From Macrostomum lignano (lineage: Eukaryota), in assembly GCA_002269645.1 (NCBI GenBank), contig NIVC01002679.1:62001-126000 (forward strand): 64,000 bases of DNA. Reading direction: 5' to 3'. Below, one piece after another: positions 40,771-52,761 of this stretch. The notes beneath the pieces were generated by a model that was not told the origin of the DNA, ran no database searches, and worked only from the letters and a program-made list of their open reading frames with translations. Position 1 is the first letter of the stretch. Every line of letters starts with the position of its first letter. Both the position numbers and the translations under genes were made by a program.

Positions 40771-41919
40771 AATTAAAAAGGGATCTGGTCAAGGATAGAA
40801 AGGGATCTGGATAAGATTTAAACCAGGGGGATTGGCTCGATATTAGGATCATGAAAATGGGATTTGTACTGAAACTTAAGGGATTGGATCTATTAAAATG
40901 TATAGATCCTATTCCAGTCCTCAGTTTCTGTTAGTTAGACATTTAAAGAACGGGATTAAATGGGATTAAAAGTGTTTTTTTTTCAAAATTAACAATCGGA
41001 TGGGAAAATATGTGCATGGCAAAAATTGATTGCTATATTACTGTCAGAAACGGAGACTTTCAAAGAATTCGCATACCTTCTTGTGCACCACAGTTCGCCG
41101 TTGGAGTCGGTTGCGGATGAATTTAAAATGGAACGCAAAATGTCGGTTTTAATTTTTTGACATGCCCCCCCCCCTATGATGCAAGCCGTCGTGGAACATA
41201 TGATGCTTCCTTTCCTGCCTCGTCGGGTTCCCATCGCAGCCGGGATACGCAGGTATAGACACGGGGGGTATCGCATAGAACCAGACGGACAGTTGTTGTT
41301 AAGGAGCTACATATACTCGCGGGGGCGAGAGGGCCACGGATGAATACTTAGCGTAAAACATGCCCGACTAGCTGGAGAGGCCGACTATATAGAAGCTAAA
41401 AGAAGACAAGCAAAAGTTGGAACACTTTTCAAATCTGCTTTTTAGTTTTTTGGCGTAAAAATGGTCGATTCACATGGCTTAGCAGAAACTTTAATTAAGC
41501 CTTAAGCTTGACCCATTCATTGGAGGCCTAGAAGCAGAACTTAAGGTAGCAACTCTTTGCCGAACCCCGCATTTTCAGACAAATGAAATCAATCACATGC
41601 CTGCCTGCCTACCTAACATGTAAAGATACAAACCATTTTTAGTATATAGGTGTAGGACTATAGCAATCTGGGAGGAGGGGGAGAACAACAAAGACAACAA
41701 AGAAAGGGATACATTGTTTGAATAAACTACATGTAGGTTTTGACCTTGTACAGTCGATGTTGTTAATATCTCAAGGAAATAATGTTAAAAAAGCAAAAAA
41801 AACATTTATCCAGCATTCCCTGTGAGCTTCGGCATCAAAACCTACCTTTAAATTTAAGCCATGGCTTAATGTTTAAGGGCTTAATCCCATGGCATCTCAG
41901 CAACCCCGCCCCACCCATG

Positions 41920-42830
41920 AGCCACAGAATTTCAGCAATTTCTTCATGAGCCTTAGCATCTAGCAATTCCCCCGTAATCCTTAGCATCTCAGCAATTCCC
42001 CCGTAAGCCTTAGCATCTAGCAATTCCCCCGTAATCCTTAGCATCTCAGCAATTCCCCCGTAAGCCTTAGCATCTTGCAATTCCCCCGTAAGCCTTAGCA
42101 TCTCAGCAATTCCCCCGTAATCCTTAGCATCTCAGCAATTCCCCCGTAAGCCTTAGCATCTCAGCGATTCCCCCGTAATCCTTAGCATCTCAGCGATTCC
42201 CCCGTAAGCCTTAGCATCTAGCAATTCCCCCGTAATCCTTAGCATCTCAGCAATTCCCCCGTAAGCCTTAGCATATAGCAATTCCCCCGTAATCCTTAGC
42301 ATCTCAGCAATTCCCCCGTAATCCTTAGCATCTCAGCAATTCCCCCGTAAGCCTTAGCATCTCAGCAATTCCCCCGTAATCCTTAGCATCTCAGCAATTC
42401 CCCCGTAAGCCTTAGCATCTAGCAATTCCCCCGTAATCCTTAGCATCTCAGCAATTCCCCCGTAAGCCTTAGCATCTAGCAATTCCTCCGTAAGCCTTAA
42501 CATCTAGCAATTCCCCCGTAAGCCTTAGCATCTAGCAATTCCCCCGTAATCCTTAGCATTTCAGCAATTCCTCCGTAAGCCTCAGCATCTCAGTGATTCC
42601 TCTGTAATCCTTAGCATCTCAGTGATGCAATTCCTCCGTAAGCCTTAGCATCTAGCAGTTCTCTCAAGGAAATCCTTAGCATCGCAGCAATTCCCCGGAA
42701 GCCTTAGCATCTCAGCAATTCCTCCGTAATCCTTAGCATCTCAGTGATTCCCCCGCGAGACTTGACATCTCAGCAATTCCCCCAAGAGTTACAGCATTTC
42801 AATAATTCCCCCCAAGCCTTAGCAACTCTA
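41920..42830. repeat. About 29-bp minisatellite (ccttagcatctcagcaattcccccgtaat)
   Basis: Direct. Confidence 0.94.
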
Positions 42831-43477
42831 CACGTTGGCCTTGATGTCTGAAAGATATTCATCTGGGCGAGGTAGAGTCACAATAACCCATAGTCAATGT
42901 AAATTGTATAATATAATCAGGCGCCACAAGATTTTAGCGCCAATTAAGCGCCGCAGGATAGACTTTAGCGCCAAATTATAGCAAATGTCACTCCGTAAAA
43001 AATGGAAAAATGAATCCGATGGAACTGGAAAACTGCAGCCAGTCCTACTACAGTTGTCTTGAAAATTGTCTTGAAAGTTGACCACTGCAGACCCCCGCGA
43101 CCTCCTCCCCCCCCTCAAGTTAGCGGCTTTTAGCATCCCAGCTGCTCTCCTGCATCACCAGGGAAGGGGAGTCAATGGGATTCGCCTGTTCTTTGCCGGC
43201 AAACTTGGCAACTGCATGGCACTTTGTGTCGCTGCGTCGTGAATGCTTTTGAAAAAGCTGCATAGCCGGCACTTAAGAGTTGCCAAGTGATTGAAAAAAT
43301 GCTGTTCGTGGGAGTTTCTTTACACAATTGACCTTCCCTGTCACATTCTCCCGCCGCGGGGAGAACCACAGATGGAAGTACTCGTATGTTAACCTAGTGG
43401 CATGGTTTGCTTTAATTCCGTTAACTGGGTTATTTTGTATTTTGGCTGAGAACTGAATGGGGTGTGTATGGACAGGA

Positions 43478-44058
43478 GTTTTATTGGGTGTTTATTGGGT
43501 TGGAAGTTTATGGACTAGGTGCTTATTGGTTTAGAAGTTTATTTGGTGTGTGTGTATTGGGTTGGAAGTTTATAACCTGGGTGTTTATTGGGTTGGAAGT
43601 TTATGGGCTGGGTGTTTATTGGGTTGGAAGTTTATGGGCTGGGTGTTTATTGGGTTGGATGTTTATGGGCTGGGTATTTATTGGGTTGGAAGTTTATTTG
43701 GTGTGTGTATTGGCTTGGAAGTTTATGGGCTGGGTGATTATTGGCTTGGAAGTTTATAACCTGGGTGTTTATTGGGTTGGAAGTTTATGGGCTGGGTGTT
43801 TATTGGGTTGGAAGTTTATGGGCTGGGTATTTATTGGGTTGGAAGTTTATTTGGTGTGTGTATTGGCTTGGAAGTTTATGGGCTGGGTGATTATTGGATT
43901 GGATGTTTATAACCTGGGTGTTTATTGGGTTGGAAGTTTATGTGCTGGGTGTTTATTGGGTTGGAAGTTTATGGGATAGGTGTTTATTGGGTTGGATGTT
44001 TATTTGGTGTGGGTATTGGCTTGTAATTTTATGGGCTGGGTGATTACTGGGTTGAAGT
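43478..44058. repeat. About 31-bp minisatellite (tttattgggttggaagtttatgggctgggtg)
   Basis: Direct. Confidence 0.92.
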
Positions 44059-45715
44059 TTTTCAGCTAGAATTTTATTATAAGTTTATAGGCCACCTGCG
44101 AAATGAATTTATGCAGTTATGCACAGACCGAGTTTGTAGATTCTTGCCACTAAATTGGCAAAAAATCTGCACAACTGAAATGAGTAAATAACTAACTAAA
44201 TAAACCGACGCATTCCGCGTTTTGAAAAAAAGCAACACTAAAGATGAATTCGAAGCGCTCACATGACGAAATGCTGAAATTCATGAACTTGGCATTGTAT
44301 ACCTCGGTTGACAAATCACCGAAAATTTCAATATTCTGCAGTGTCATACTGCAATCCATTGCGTTTAAACAGTCCGTCCATCGCTCATATGGGACAGGTA
44401 TGTTGCTTTTTTGCTTCATCTAGCCGACCTGACAGAGAAAAATCTGCTTCTGGTAGAAGTTTGATGGCAGGAGCCGGAGGAATTCCAGCCATAGACATCT
44501 GGTCACGAAAGCCCACGCATGGGACACTGCAGGAGGCGAACCAAGTGGAGGCAACCCAAATCCGTTTTTACAACGCCTCTGGACCCCCAGCATGTGTTTT
44601 GTCCCACTTTTTGCTTTGCCCCCCTACTTTTAATTCCCACAGGTCTTTGTTTTTTCAAACGGCGGGGCGGATTTCCTCATGGCTGCTAGTTGCGTATGGG
44701 AATTAAGTCCGGGGGGCTTGTGTTTTTGTCAATCACTCGGCGGGGTCCTGGCCAGAAACAGGAGAAGAAAAACTGTCCCCCTATACACGCGCAGGTTCCC
44801 ACCGCTTTGCCAACACCTAAATCTGTTCTAATACTCCGGCGCCGTCCTCCAGATCCCACTATGGCACCCCCTCCCGCGACAACGTCAGCAAGGCACCCCT
44901 AGCGACTAGATAGGGATTGGCATAGGAGTGACCATTCCTAATCTCCCACGGGTACGAAAATTTCCCAAAACTTCTTCCCAGACTCTTTTCGCCATCCCCC
45001 CTCCCCCCTACTGAGCTGCGTTGTCAAGGCCTGCTGAAGGAGACAGTGGGGGGAACGGACGGTGGAACTTGCCTTGAGACAGACAGGGAGCTTCGCCGCG
45101 TCAGCTTCCGGAAACTCCCGCCGCCGCGCCCCCGCGGAGTCAAAGCCGGGAATTTCTATGCAAGTGGTCTGGCCCGGCGGCTGCAGCGGGGAGCATGCAG
45201 TTCCATCCGTTCCCGTGATTTCAATCGTAGCCGCGGTTAGAATAGCTTTAGTGGTCAACCTGCCTGCAGGTTAGAGTTTAAGTGGCCGCCGCATGCGCCC
45301 CTGGGTCTGGGCCGCATGTTGCTCGGATGACCGATGCCCAATGCATTTTTCCCGGTTACCAAGGCTTCCCGAATGGACTATTCATTGTTCTTAACTACCG
45401 CGCGTTATCATGATGCAGTAGCTGGTTGGGATTCTGTGAGCAGCGGGGGTCCGTATCGATATCACGGCAGTCGCAACCTCCGGAGTGATCGCCATGAAAT
45501 CAGACATTGTTTGCAGGGCTGAAATAATTTTTGCTTCCCAGTACAGTTTTTTTTAATCCGTACCTCCAAAAAGAAATTTATTTGCTCATTAATTTAGTCA
45601 AGTGAAATTTGATCTGGGTGTCAGGCGAACTGGAACCATCATTGTCTTCGTTACGCTCGTAAAGACCAAATTTCGTGTGATCACACAACTTTTACATTAA
45701 ATGTACACACACCCT

Positions 45716-45792
45716 CAATAACTCCAGCTAATGCTGATACCCATTTTACAGCTGTGTGAACTGAAGCAATGCAGAGTTTAGTGTCTTGCTCC
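45716..45792 (-). mobile_element. Internal fragment of SINE family 1 (CORE-like part)
   Basis: ccagctaatgctgatacccattttacagctgtgtgaactgaagcaatgc is the reverse complement of the SINE centre. Confidence 0.7.
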
Positions 45793-45794
45793 TC

Positions 45795-46310
45795 GAGAGA
45801 GGAGAGGAGAGGGAAGAGGAGAGAGGAGAGGGGAGAGAAGAGAGAAGAAGAGAGAGGAGAGGAGGGGAGAGGAGATTAAAAAAATAATTTAGAGATTGGA
45901 GAGAGGAGGAAGAGGAAGAAGAGAGAGGAGAGAAGAGAGAAGAAGAGAGAGGAGAGGAGGGGAGAGGAGATTAAAAAAATAATTTAGAGATTGGAGAGAG
46001 GAGGAAGAGGAAGAAGAGAGAGGAGAGAAGAGAGAAGAAGAGAGAGGAGAGGAAAGGGGAGAGGGCAGGGAAAGGAGAGAGAGGAGAGAGGAGAGAAGAG
46101 AGGAGAGGAGAGGGGGAGGAGATGTGAGATGAGATGAGAAAGAGGAGAGAAAAAGAGAGAGAGGGGAGAGAGGAGAAGAGAGAGGGGAGAGAAGAGAAGA
46201 GAGAGAAGAGAGAGGAGAGAGAGGAGAGGAGAGAGGAGAGGAGAGAGAAGAGGAAGGAGGAGATTAGAGACTAGGTGAGAGAGAATAAATCAAAGAGAAG
46301 AGAGTAGAGA
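45795..46310. repeat. GA-rich polypurine low-complexity tract with an internal duplication of about 85 bp
   Basis: Direct. Confidence 0.9.
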
Positions 46311-46960
46311 AGTGTCAAAACGACCCGAGAATAGAGAGGCTTCGCGGGCCGCCTGTGGCCCGTGGGACGGACTTTGCCGACTCATGGTATTTACTAAAGA
46401 ATCACTTCAAAGCTGGCTTATAGGTTTCTGTAAAAGTTATTGTTCCACCATCAAACGGTAATTTTGAAGCAAGTAAGGTTGAATTTATTTCGTGCTATTT
46501 TTACGGTTTGTTAGATAGATTGATTGGAGTCTAATAGTTGATAAATCTGCTCTTACCATTACAAGCTGTATTCAAACTAAAGAAATTATTTTTTTAATTC
46601 TTTTGAAAGCATGTAAATTTCATGTACATCTATCTAAAGCTATTAGCTAATCATAAAATTATCAGCACAGGAATGTAATTGACAAAATTTAATGTTTATT
46701 AAATCGAATACTGTTGCAGTCAAATACCAGTCACACTCCAGGCTGGCAAATTGGTGAAAACGCCTAGCAAATTATGTATGTAATGTAAATGTAATTTACT
46801 TTAATTTAATGTAATTTAATGTAATTTACATCACATGTATGTAAATGTACTCTTGGCAGCTGTCTCGCATGAAAATACTCGTAATAGAGCTTCGGATCTA
46901 TTAATTTCGAATAAATATTTAGCATAGGTCGTGGATCTAGCTCAAATTGTGCCTACTATT

Positions 46961-47246
46961 GCACGCGAAGGCGTATTCAGCATGCCAGTGAAGTATGAGA
47001 CAGACTAGGCCCATGGGCTAAGGTCTGCGATGCTTCACGCCTGCCCCTATCTTCAGCAGGTCAAGGCTGGTGGGAGGTCTGCACCCTCTATTTGCCTCTG
47101 GCAGCCGCAGACCCCCCCCCACGCTGTCTCGCAAGTCGACCCAGGGTACTCGTCCCCGCGTGTGTTCAAGGCAGTCCCTAGGGCTGCTGGACAGACTGGG
47201 CTCCGGCGCTGGCGACCCTATCCAGTGGCTTCGGCCGAATTTGGGT
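46961..47246 (+). ncRNA. Predicted HDV-like self-cleaving ribozyme at the retrotransposon 5' end
   Basis: P1 GCACGCG (46961-67) pairs with CGCGUGU (47157-63), with a G1.U wobble. P3 GGG/CCC encloses L3 UACUCGU; P1.1 is AC/GU; a P4 hairpin follows. J4/2 and P2 have two possible registers. Confidence 0.7.
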
Positions 47247-47478
47247 ATGCGGGTCTGGCTCGCCAACCTGCAGGCCGTGGTACTGCTCAACGTACTCTCT
47301 AATGCCTAAGGTGTTGACCGTGCCGATGGGCTGGAAGGCCGGGGAGTAGTCCGGTCGCAAGCGGTCCCCCTCCTGGTGTCGGGCCAGCCTTGAGGGTGCT
47401 ATTGGCCTACTGCCCGGTCAGGTGGAGCGGCCGGGTGGGTACCGCGCCCCTTTGAGGGTAGCCCACCAACCTTTTATC

Positions 47479-48999
47479 ATGGCCTTCGAGCCGACTATGG
47501 ATAAACAAGCTATTTCTAGGGACGGGGACCCTTCTAAACCCCAACCTCAGTCCGAAGGACCGGCCGGCCCTGCTGGCAGATCCCAACCGACTGATTCAAC
47601 TGTGGCAAAGGAAGGACCGGCTGGCTCTGCTGGCAGATCCGACCAGAGCTACCAAACTCAAAATACCCTAAGACCTGCCAGCTCCGCTGGTGGATCTAAG
47701 GGAACCGCGAGCTCTGAGCCTAAAGGACCGGCCAAATCTGGCAGATCCGATGAAGCTCAGCGGGCTCGGCTTGAGCGCAAACGCGCTAAACAACGCGCCA
47801 AAAGGCAGGCCAAGAAGGGAGCTGCGGGGGCCAAAGCGGCGGCGTCCACCATGGATGCTGAAGCGACTGGAGTCCCAAGGCAACCAGGCGGGCCGGCCGG
47901 TGGAAGCTCCAGTAGTTCAGCGGCGGCGCTCCCTGGAGCTGCTGCCGCGGCTGCTGAGGCCGAAACCACGGCGCAACAAATGGCCACTGCCAACAAGGAG
48001 GTTCCTTCGGGAGCTACCTTTGCGGCGAAGGCCAAGGCCAAAATCCCGGGAGTGATCATCCAAGGTCGCGACCAGGACTGGACCACTGATCAGCTTCAAA
48101 AAGTGTGGAGTGCTGTTGACTCCTATCTGATTGAGCTGACTGTCGAGGAGGGAATCTCCATCGGCGTTGAGCGGATGGTGCTGCGAAGCACATTCGTTCT
48201 TATTGCTCCTAGCAGCGAGGAGGACGCTCGGCGGCTGCTCCAGCGGCTACCGACGGTCTCCTTGGATGCTGACCTTGGTGGAGCTCTTTTTCTTCGCGAG
48301 GGCCAGCGTCCAAAGACGATACCCTATGTGGTTTTCGTCCCTGCTAAGAGCACCGCAGCTGGACCAGACGTTATTCGCCGGGTCCTACTGCGTCTGAACC
48401 CCGACCTCCCTGCTAGTGGACTGGTGTATCACCGCAAAGTCCGCAGGGGGGAGACGGGCAACTCAATTGTCCTCGGCCTTTCCAGCACTTGGGCGAGTCG
48501 GTACCCTAATGGATCCTCTTTCCAGCTGGGTGCCCTCAAGCTCAAGTTGCGCCGAGGAAAGTCTGCCAAAGGGAAGGCTACTGCCAACCCCGGCATCTCC
48601 GGCAAGAGCGGGGCGCAGTCTAAGGCCCAAGGAAAGGCGCAAGCCGATCCCAAAGCCAAAGCTGCATCTCGCCCCTCTGCTAGCAGCAGTTCGGCGACCG
48701 CGGTAACGGCTCCGGCCGAGCCCCGGGAACCAAACCTGCCAGTCGGAGAAGGAGTTGAGGACGAGGCCGGGTCTTCGGAATCCGAGCTCTCCTCGGCCAC
48801 CTTGGTGGGGTCTGAAGGTAAAGATGCAGGTGAGGAAGCTTCCTCCATCCTGTCATCGGAGCCTGAGGACTCTGCTGGGGGGCCGGTGGGGGTGAGGAGG
48901 CCATGGACGTCGACCAACTCCCATCTCCCAGTCAAGCCCCAGCGGCCTGGGACGAGGACGATCTGTTGTCCAAGTCTCCTTGATGGCCCTGGGCTCTAG
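47479..48999 (+). CDS. Retrotransposon ORF1 (506 aa), no CCHC knuckle; central domain resembles DUF4780-type ORF1
   Basis: Open frame with a basic RKRAKQRAKRQAKK stretch and a VVFVP...VLLRLNPDLP motif. Confidence 0.8.
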   Translation: MAFEPTMDKQAISRDGDPSKPQPQSEGPAGPAGRSQPTDSTVAKEGPAGSAGRSDQSYQTQNTLRPASSAGGSKGTASSEPKGPAKSGRSDEAQRARLERKRAKQRAKRQAKKGAAGAKAAASTMDAEATGVPRQPGGPAGGSSSSSAAALPGAAAAAAEAETTAQQMATANKEVPSGATFAAKAKAKIPGVIIQGRDQDWTTDQLQKVWSAVDSYLIELTVEEGISIGVERMVLRSTFVLIAPSSEEDARRLLQRLPTVSLDADLGGALFLREGQRPKTIPYVVFVPAKSTAAGPDVIRRVLLRLNPDLPASGLVYHRKVRRGETGNSIVLGLSSTWASRYPNGSSFQLGALKLKLRRGKSAKGKATANPGISGKSGAQSKAQGKAQADPKAKAASRPSASSSSATAVTAPAEPREPNLPVGEGVEDEAGSSESELSSATLVGSEGKDAGEEASSILSSEPEDSAGGPVGVRRPWTSTNSHLPVKPQRPGTRTICCPSLLDGPGL

Positions 49000-49022
49000 C
49001 CAGATATTGCATTTAATACAGT

Positions 49023-52000
49023 ATGACTAAGCTCCACGCTGCCAAAGGAGCGACATTCTGTCTGCAAATAAATTTACAGCATTGCGTATCTGCGTCAGTA
49101 AATCTGATGAAGATTGCTGAGCTGTACAGGCCAGGCCTCATCCTGATCCAGGAACCCTGGATGCGCAACGGTAAGTTGCCCAACATTCCCTCTGGCTACT
49201 CTGATTTTTATGTGTGTGGCCCGGGGAACAGCCGCCCTAGAGCGGCTATCCTCGCTGCTAGCCATCTCCAGGCTTGGCTGAGGACTGATCTCTCTGATGG
49301 AGACCTTTGCGTCATCCAATCTAATCATTTCTCTCCGCGTACGTGTCTTGTTGCCTCGGTTTATATCCCAGGCGACAGAGACCCTGCTCCCGAGAGTTTA
49401 CTGCGCCTTGCGCAGTACTGCGAGTCCCAGAACGCTGAGCTGTGCTTAGGGGGCGACCTCAACGCGCACCACAAGCACTGGGGCAGCAAAGATACCAACA
49501 CTAGAGGAGAGGAGCTTCTGGCCCTCATCTCTAACACAAACCTCATGCTCTGCAACCGCGGCAGCACTCCTACCTTTAATAATGGCAGATGGACCGAGGT
49601 CCTCGACGCCACACTCGTTACCCCAAGACTCTTTGACAGAGTCAAGGAGTGGAGAGTCTGGTCTGAGGAGCCCTCCCTGTCTGACCACTGCTTTATCGCC
49701 TTTAATATCGCGGACACTAAAACCCAGTCTCCGATCACTTGGAGACGCAATATCCGCAACACTGATTGGGCGGCCTACAAGGCTGCCCTTGATCTGCACC
49801 TGCAGGAACTCACGGACTTACGTCCGATTGAGACCTGCGAGGATGTGGATCATATGGCTGAGACGCTGACAGGTTGCATTATTGCAGCCTACGAAGCGGC
49901 TTGTCCTGCTCGCGCCTACAGAGGCAAGACCTCGGCGCCGTGGTGGAACCCGGAGCTGGGGAAACTCAGGCGGAAGGCCAAAAGCCTTCATCGCCGTGCC
50001 ATGAAGACCGGAAACCCGGAGGACATGGAGCTTTTCCGGCAAGCCTCCCGCAATTTCAAATCTGAAGTGCGCAAGGCCAAGGAATGTAAGTGGCGCCAAT
50101 TCTGCAATGAATTGGATCAAGACAGACCTACTTCTAGGCTTGTCAAGGCCCTTACAATGGACAAAATGTCCAAATTAGCCATGATAAAAAAGATGATGGC
50201 TCTCTTACTAAAGACCCTGAAGAAGTGCTTCAGCATATGCTTAGCACATTCTTCCCGAGGGTACCTACTGCTAGACCGGAGCCCAACCATTCGATGGATG
50301 GAGCCACCCTAGCGGCGGGCATTGTCACTGAAGACCTAATCGCTCGTGCGGTCAGAACCTTCAAACCCTTCAAATCTCCTGGACCTGATGGTATCTACCC
50401 TGTTCTCCTTCGTGAAGCAGCCAAGATACCCTCGTTCCTGAGACTCACCCGCAATCTTATGCGGGCCTCTATCCAGCTGGGATACGTTCCCAAAAGCTGG
50501 ACTGAAGCTCGAGTAGTCTTTATTCCCAAACCTGGGAAGGGTGACTACCAAAGCGTCAAGGCCTTCCGGCCAATTAGCTTAACGTCAGCAATGCTTAAGC
50601 TCACTGAGAGGCTTATTCTCTGGCGGCTGCTCTCCTGCGAGCTGACAGCGATGCCCCTCAGCAATAATCAGCACGCCTTCCGTACCGGGAGGTCGACTGA
50701 CAGCGCCCTGCATGCGATTGTCGAAAAGATTGAACGGGCGGTACTGGGTGACGGTTACGCCCTGGCTCTCTTTCTTGACATTGTTGGCGCCTTCGACAAC
50801 GTTATCTTTGAAGCGTTTCAGAGGGCCCTTCAAAATCGCAAAGCTCATGCTACCCTCATACGGTGGATCATGTACATGATCTCCAACCGTACGGTCACTG
50901 CCCAACTTCTTGGGCAAACTGCCTCCACCAGAGTCTGTAAGGGTGGACCCCAAGGCGGAGTCCTCACCCCGACGCTCTGGAACCTGGTCATGGACGCTCT
51001 TCTGAGTGACTCCCGACCTGACCCCGTCTTCAAAGTCGGGTATGCTGATGACGTCACGGCCATTGTGGCAGGACCGTCTCCCAGCACGCTCAGGGATCTG
51101 ATGCAGAGCTTTATCCGCAAAGCAGAATCCTGGGCCAATGACAATGGTTTGGAACTCTCTGAGCCCAAAACCGTTGCCATTATGTTTACCAGCAGACTAC
51201 GCTGGAACATACGTCCTCTGCAGCTCTACGGCAGAGATATTGCCTTCGCGCACCAGACCAGATGTCTCGGGGTCACACTTGACCACCGGCTCAACTGGTC
51301 CTTCCACGTGAAAGCAAAAGCTAAGCGTGCCTCAGCCATCCTGGCCCAGCTCCGACGAGCACTTGGCACTTCTTGGGGTCTATCCCCAAAGCGGCTTTGG
51401 TGGATCTATACTTCCGTAGTTAGACCTGCCATTACGTACGCCTCTGTTGTCTGGGTTAGCGCTACCCAGGTCAAAAGCCATGCAGACCTGCTCAACACGA
51501 TCCAAGGCAGAGCGTGTAGGCTCATCTGCAACGCCACCAGGTCCACGCCCTTTGCTGGCATGGGGGCCTTTCTTAATCTTCCGCCTCTTGACCTCTTCAT
51601 CAGGGGTGAGGCGGCTAGAACGACGCGGCGTCTAATTGATGCCGGCGTCAAATTCATTTACATGAGAGCACCTGCTAAGCGGAACCTTGTCCCGCATAGC
51701 GATCTGTGCCTCAACTTTCTCAACGAGTGTCAGGCCAATCGCGTCTTCACCGATGGCATTGCCTCAACGCTCAACCTGAGACAGCGCTACTCCGTAGCTA
51801 TCGACTCGCGCGATAACATCAATGACCATTGGAACCCTGGTGAGCTTCATTGCTACACCGACGGTTCTAAGCAGTCAGCCAACACCGGCTTTGGTGTTGG
51901 AATCTTTCTGAACGGGAGGGTCATCGCTACCCACGCTCAATACACTGGGGTCAACTCCAGTGTTTTCCAAAATGAAGTTCTGGCCATCAGCTCCTGCACT

Positions 52001-52761
52001 GCAGAGCTTCTCGCCACTGGCGTTACTGGTAAGAACATCATTTTCCATTCGGACAGCCAAGCTGCCTTGCACGCCATCAGTGGCTGCAGCACCAACTCTG
52101 CTACAGTCCTTGACTGTATCAAACTCCTCAATGTGTTGGGTTCCGCCAACAAAATTACCCTTAAGTGGGTTCCGGGGCATGTGGGGATCCGAGGAAATGA
52201 GTTGGCTGACACCCTTGCAAAAGTTGGTGCCTCCGGCTCCTCTCTCGGCCCCGAACCTCTTGTCCCGATCCTGGCTGTGTCATCGACTCGCGCATCAAAG
52301 CGTGGATCAGGACTCAGCACCGCTCGACTTGGGCGAACCGCACGAACTGCAGGCAATCCAGAGGCGCTGTCCCTCAGCCCTCTCACCAGCTCCGGAAGCT
52401 CCTCTTGCGCCTCTCGCGCAGAGACATCCGGGCTGCCACCATGACCCTCTCTGGTCACGGCTGCTTCTCCAGGCACCAGTACCTGCAGGGCAACGCCACC
52501 AACGCCACCTGTAGTTTCTGCAACTCAGGTGACGAAACCGCTGAGCATTTCGTCAGCATCTGTCCCGCCTTCACGCGGGCCAGACTCACTTACCTCGGGC
52601 CACACACATCTATTACTGAAGCGTGCAAACCCGAAAACTTTAATCAGCTCATGCGCTACCTTCGGGCCACCCGCAGGGCTGAACTCTCCTTTCCAGAGAG
52701 CACCATAGCTGCTGGCGACACTGGGGGACCTCCCTGGGCGGCGCCAACCCTCCGTCCATAG
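49023..52761 (+). CDS. Retrotransposon ORF2 (APE endonuclease, RT, RNase H, C-terminal Zn knuckle); about 1246 aa if two 1-nt deletions (50186-91, 52270-71) are restored
   Basis: APE: QINLQH, IQEPW, GDLNAHH, SDH. RT: KSPGPDG, FRPISL, QHAFR, GPQGGVL, YADD. RNase H: YTDGS, SDSQAAL, WVPGHVGIRGNELAD. Knuckle: CSFC..ETAEHF..C. Confidence 0.93.

Noticed and set aside
39759-44802. CSL/Su(H) sites upstream of Notch (CGTGAGAA 39759-66, TGTGGGAA reverse 44634-41, GTGGGAA reverse 44796-802) suggesting autoregulation
   Set aside because: About 8 YGTGRGAA hits are expected by chance in 64 kb of uniform sequence. There is no paired-site geometry, so no enrichment can be claimed.
44400-45520. GC-richer island with several short ORFs
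   Set aside because: No recognisable domain, consistent frame or splice pattern; possibly regulatory DNA or a decayed TE, but not supportable.
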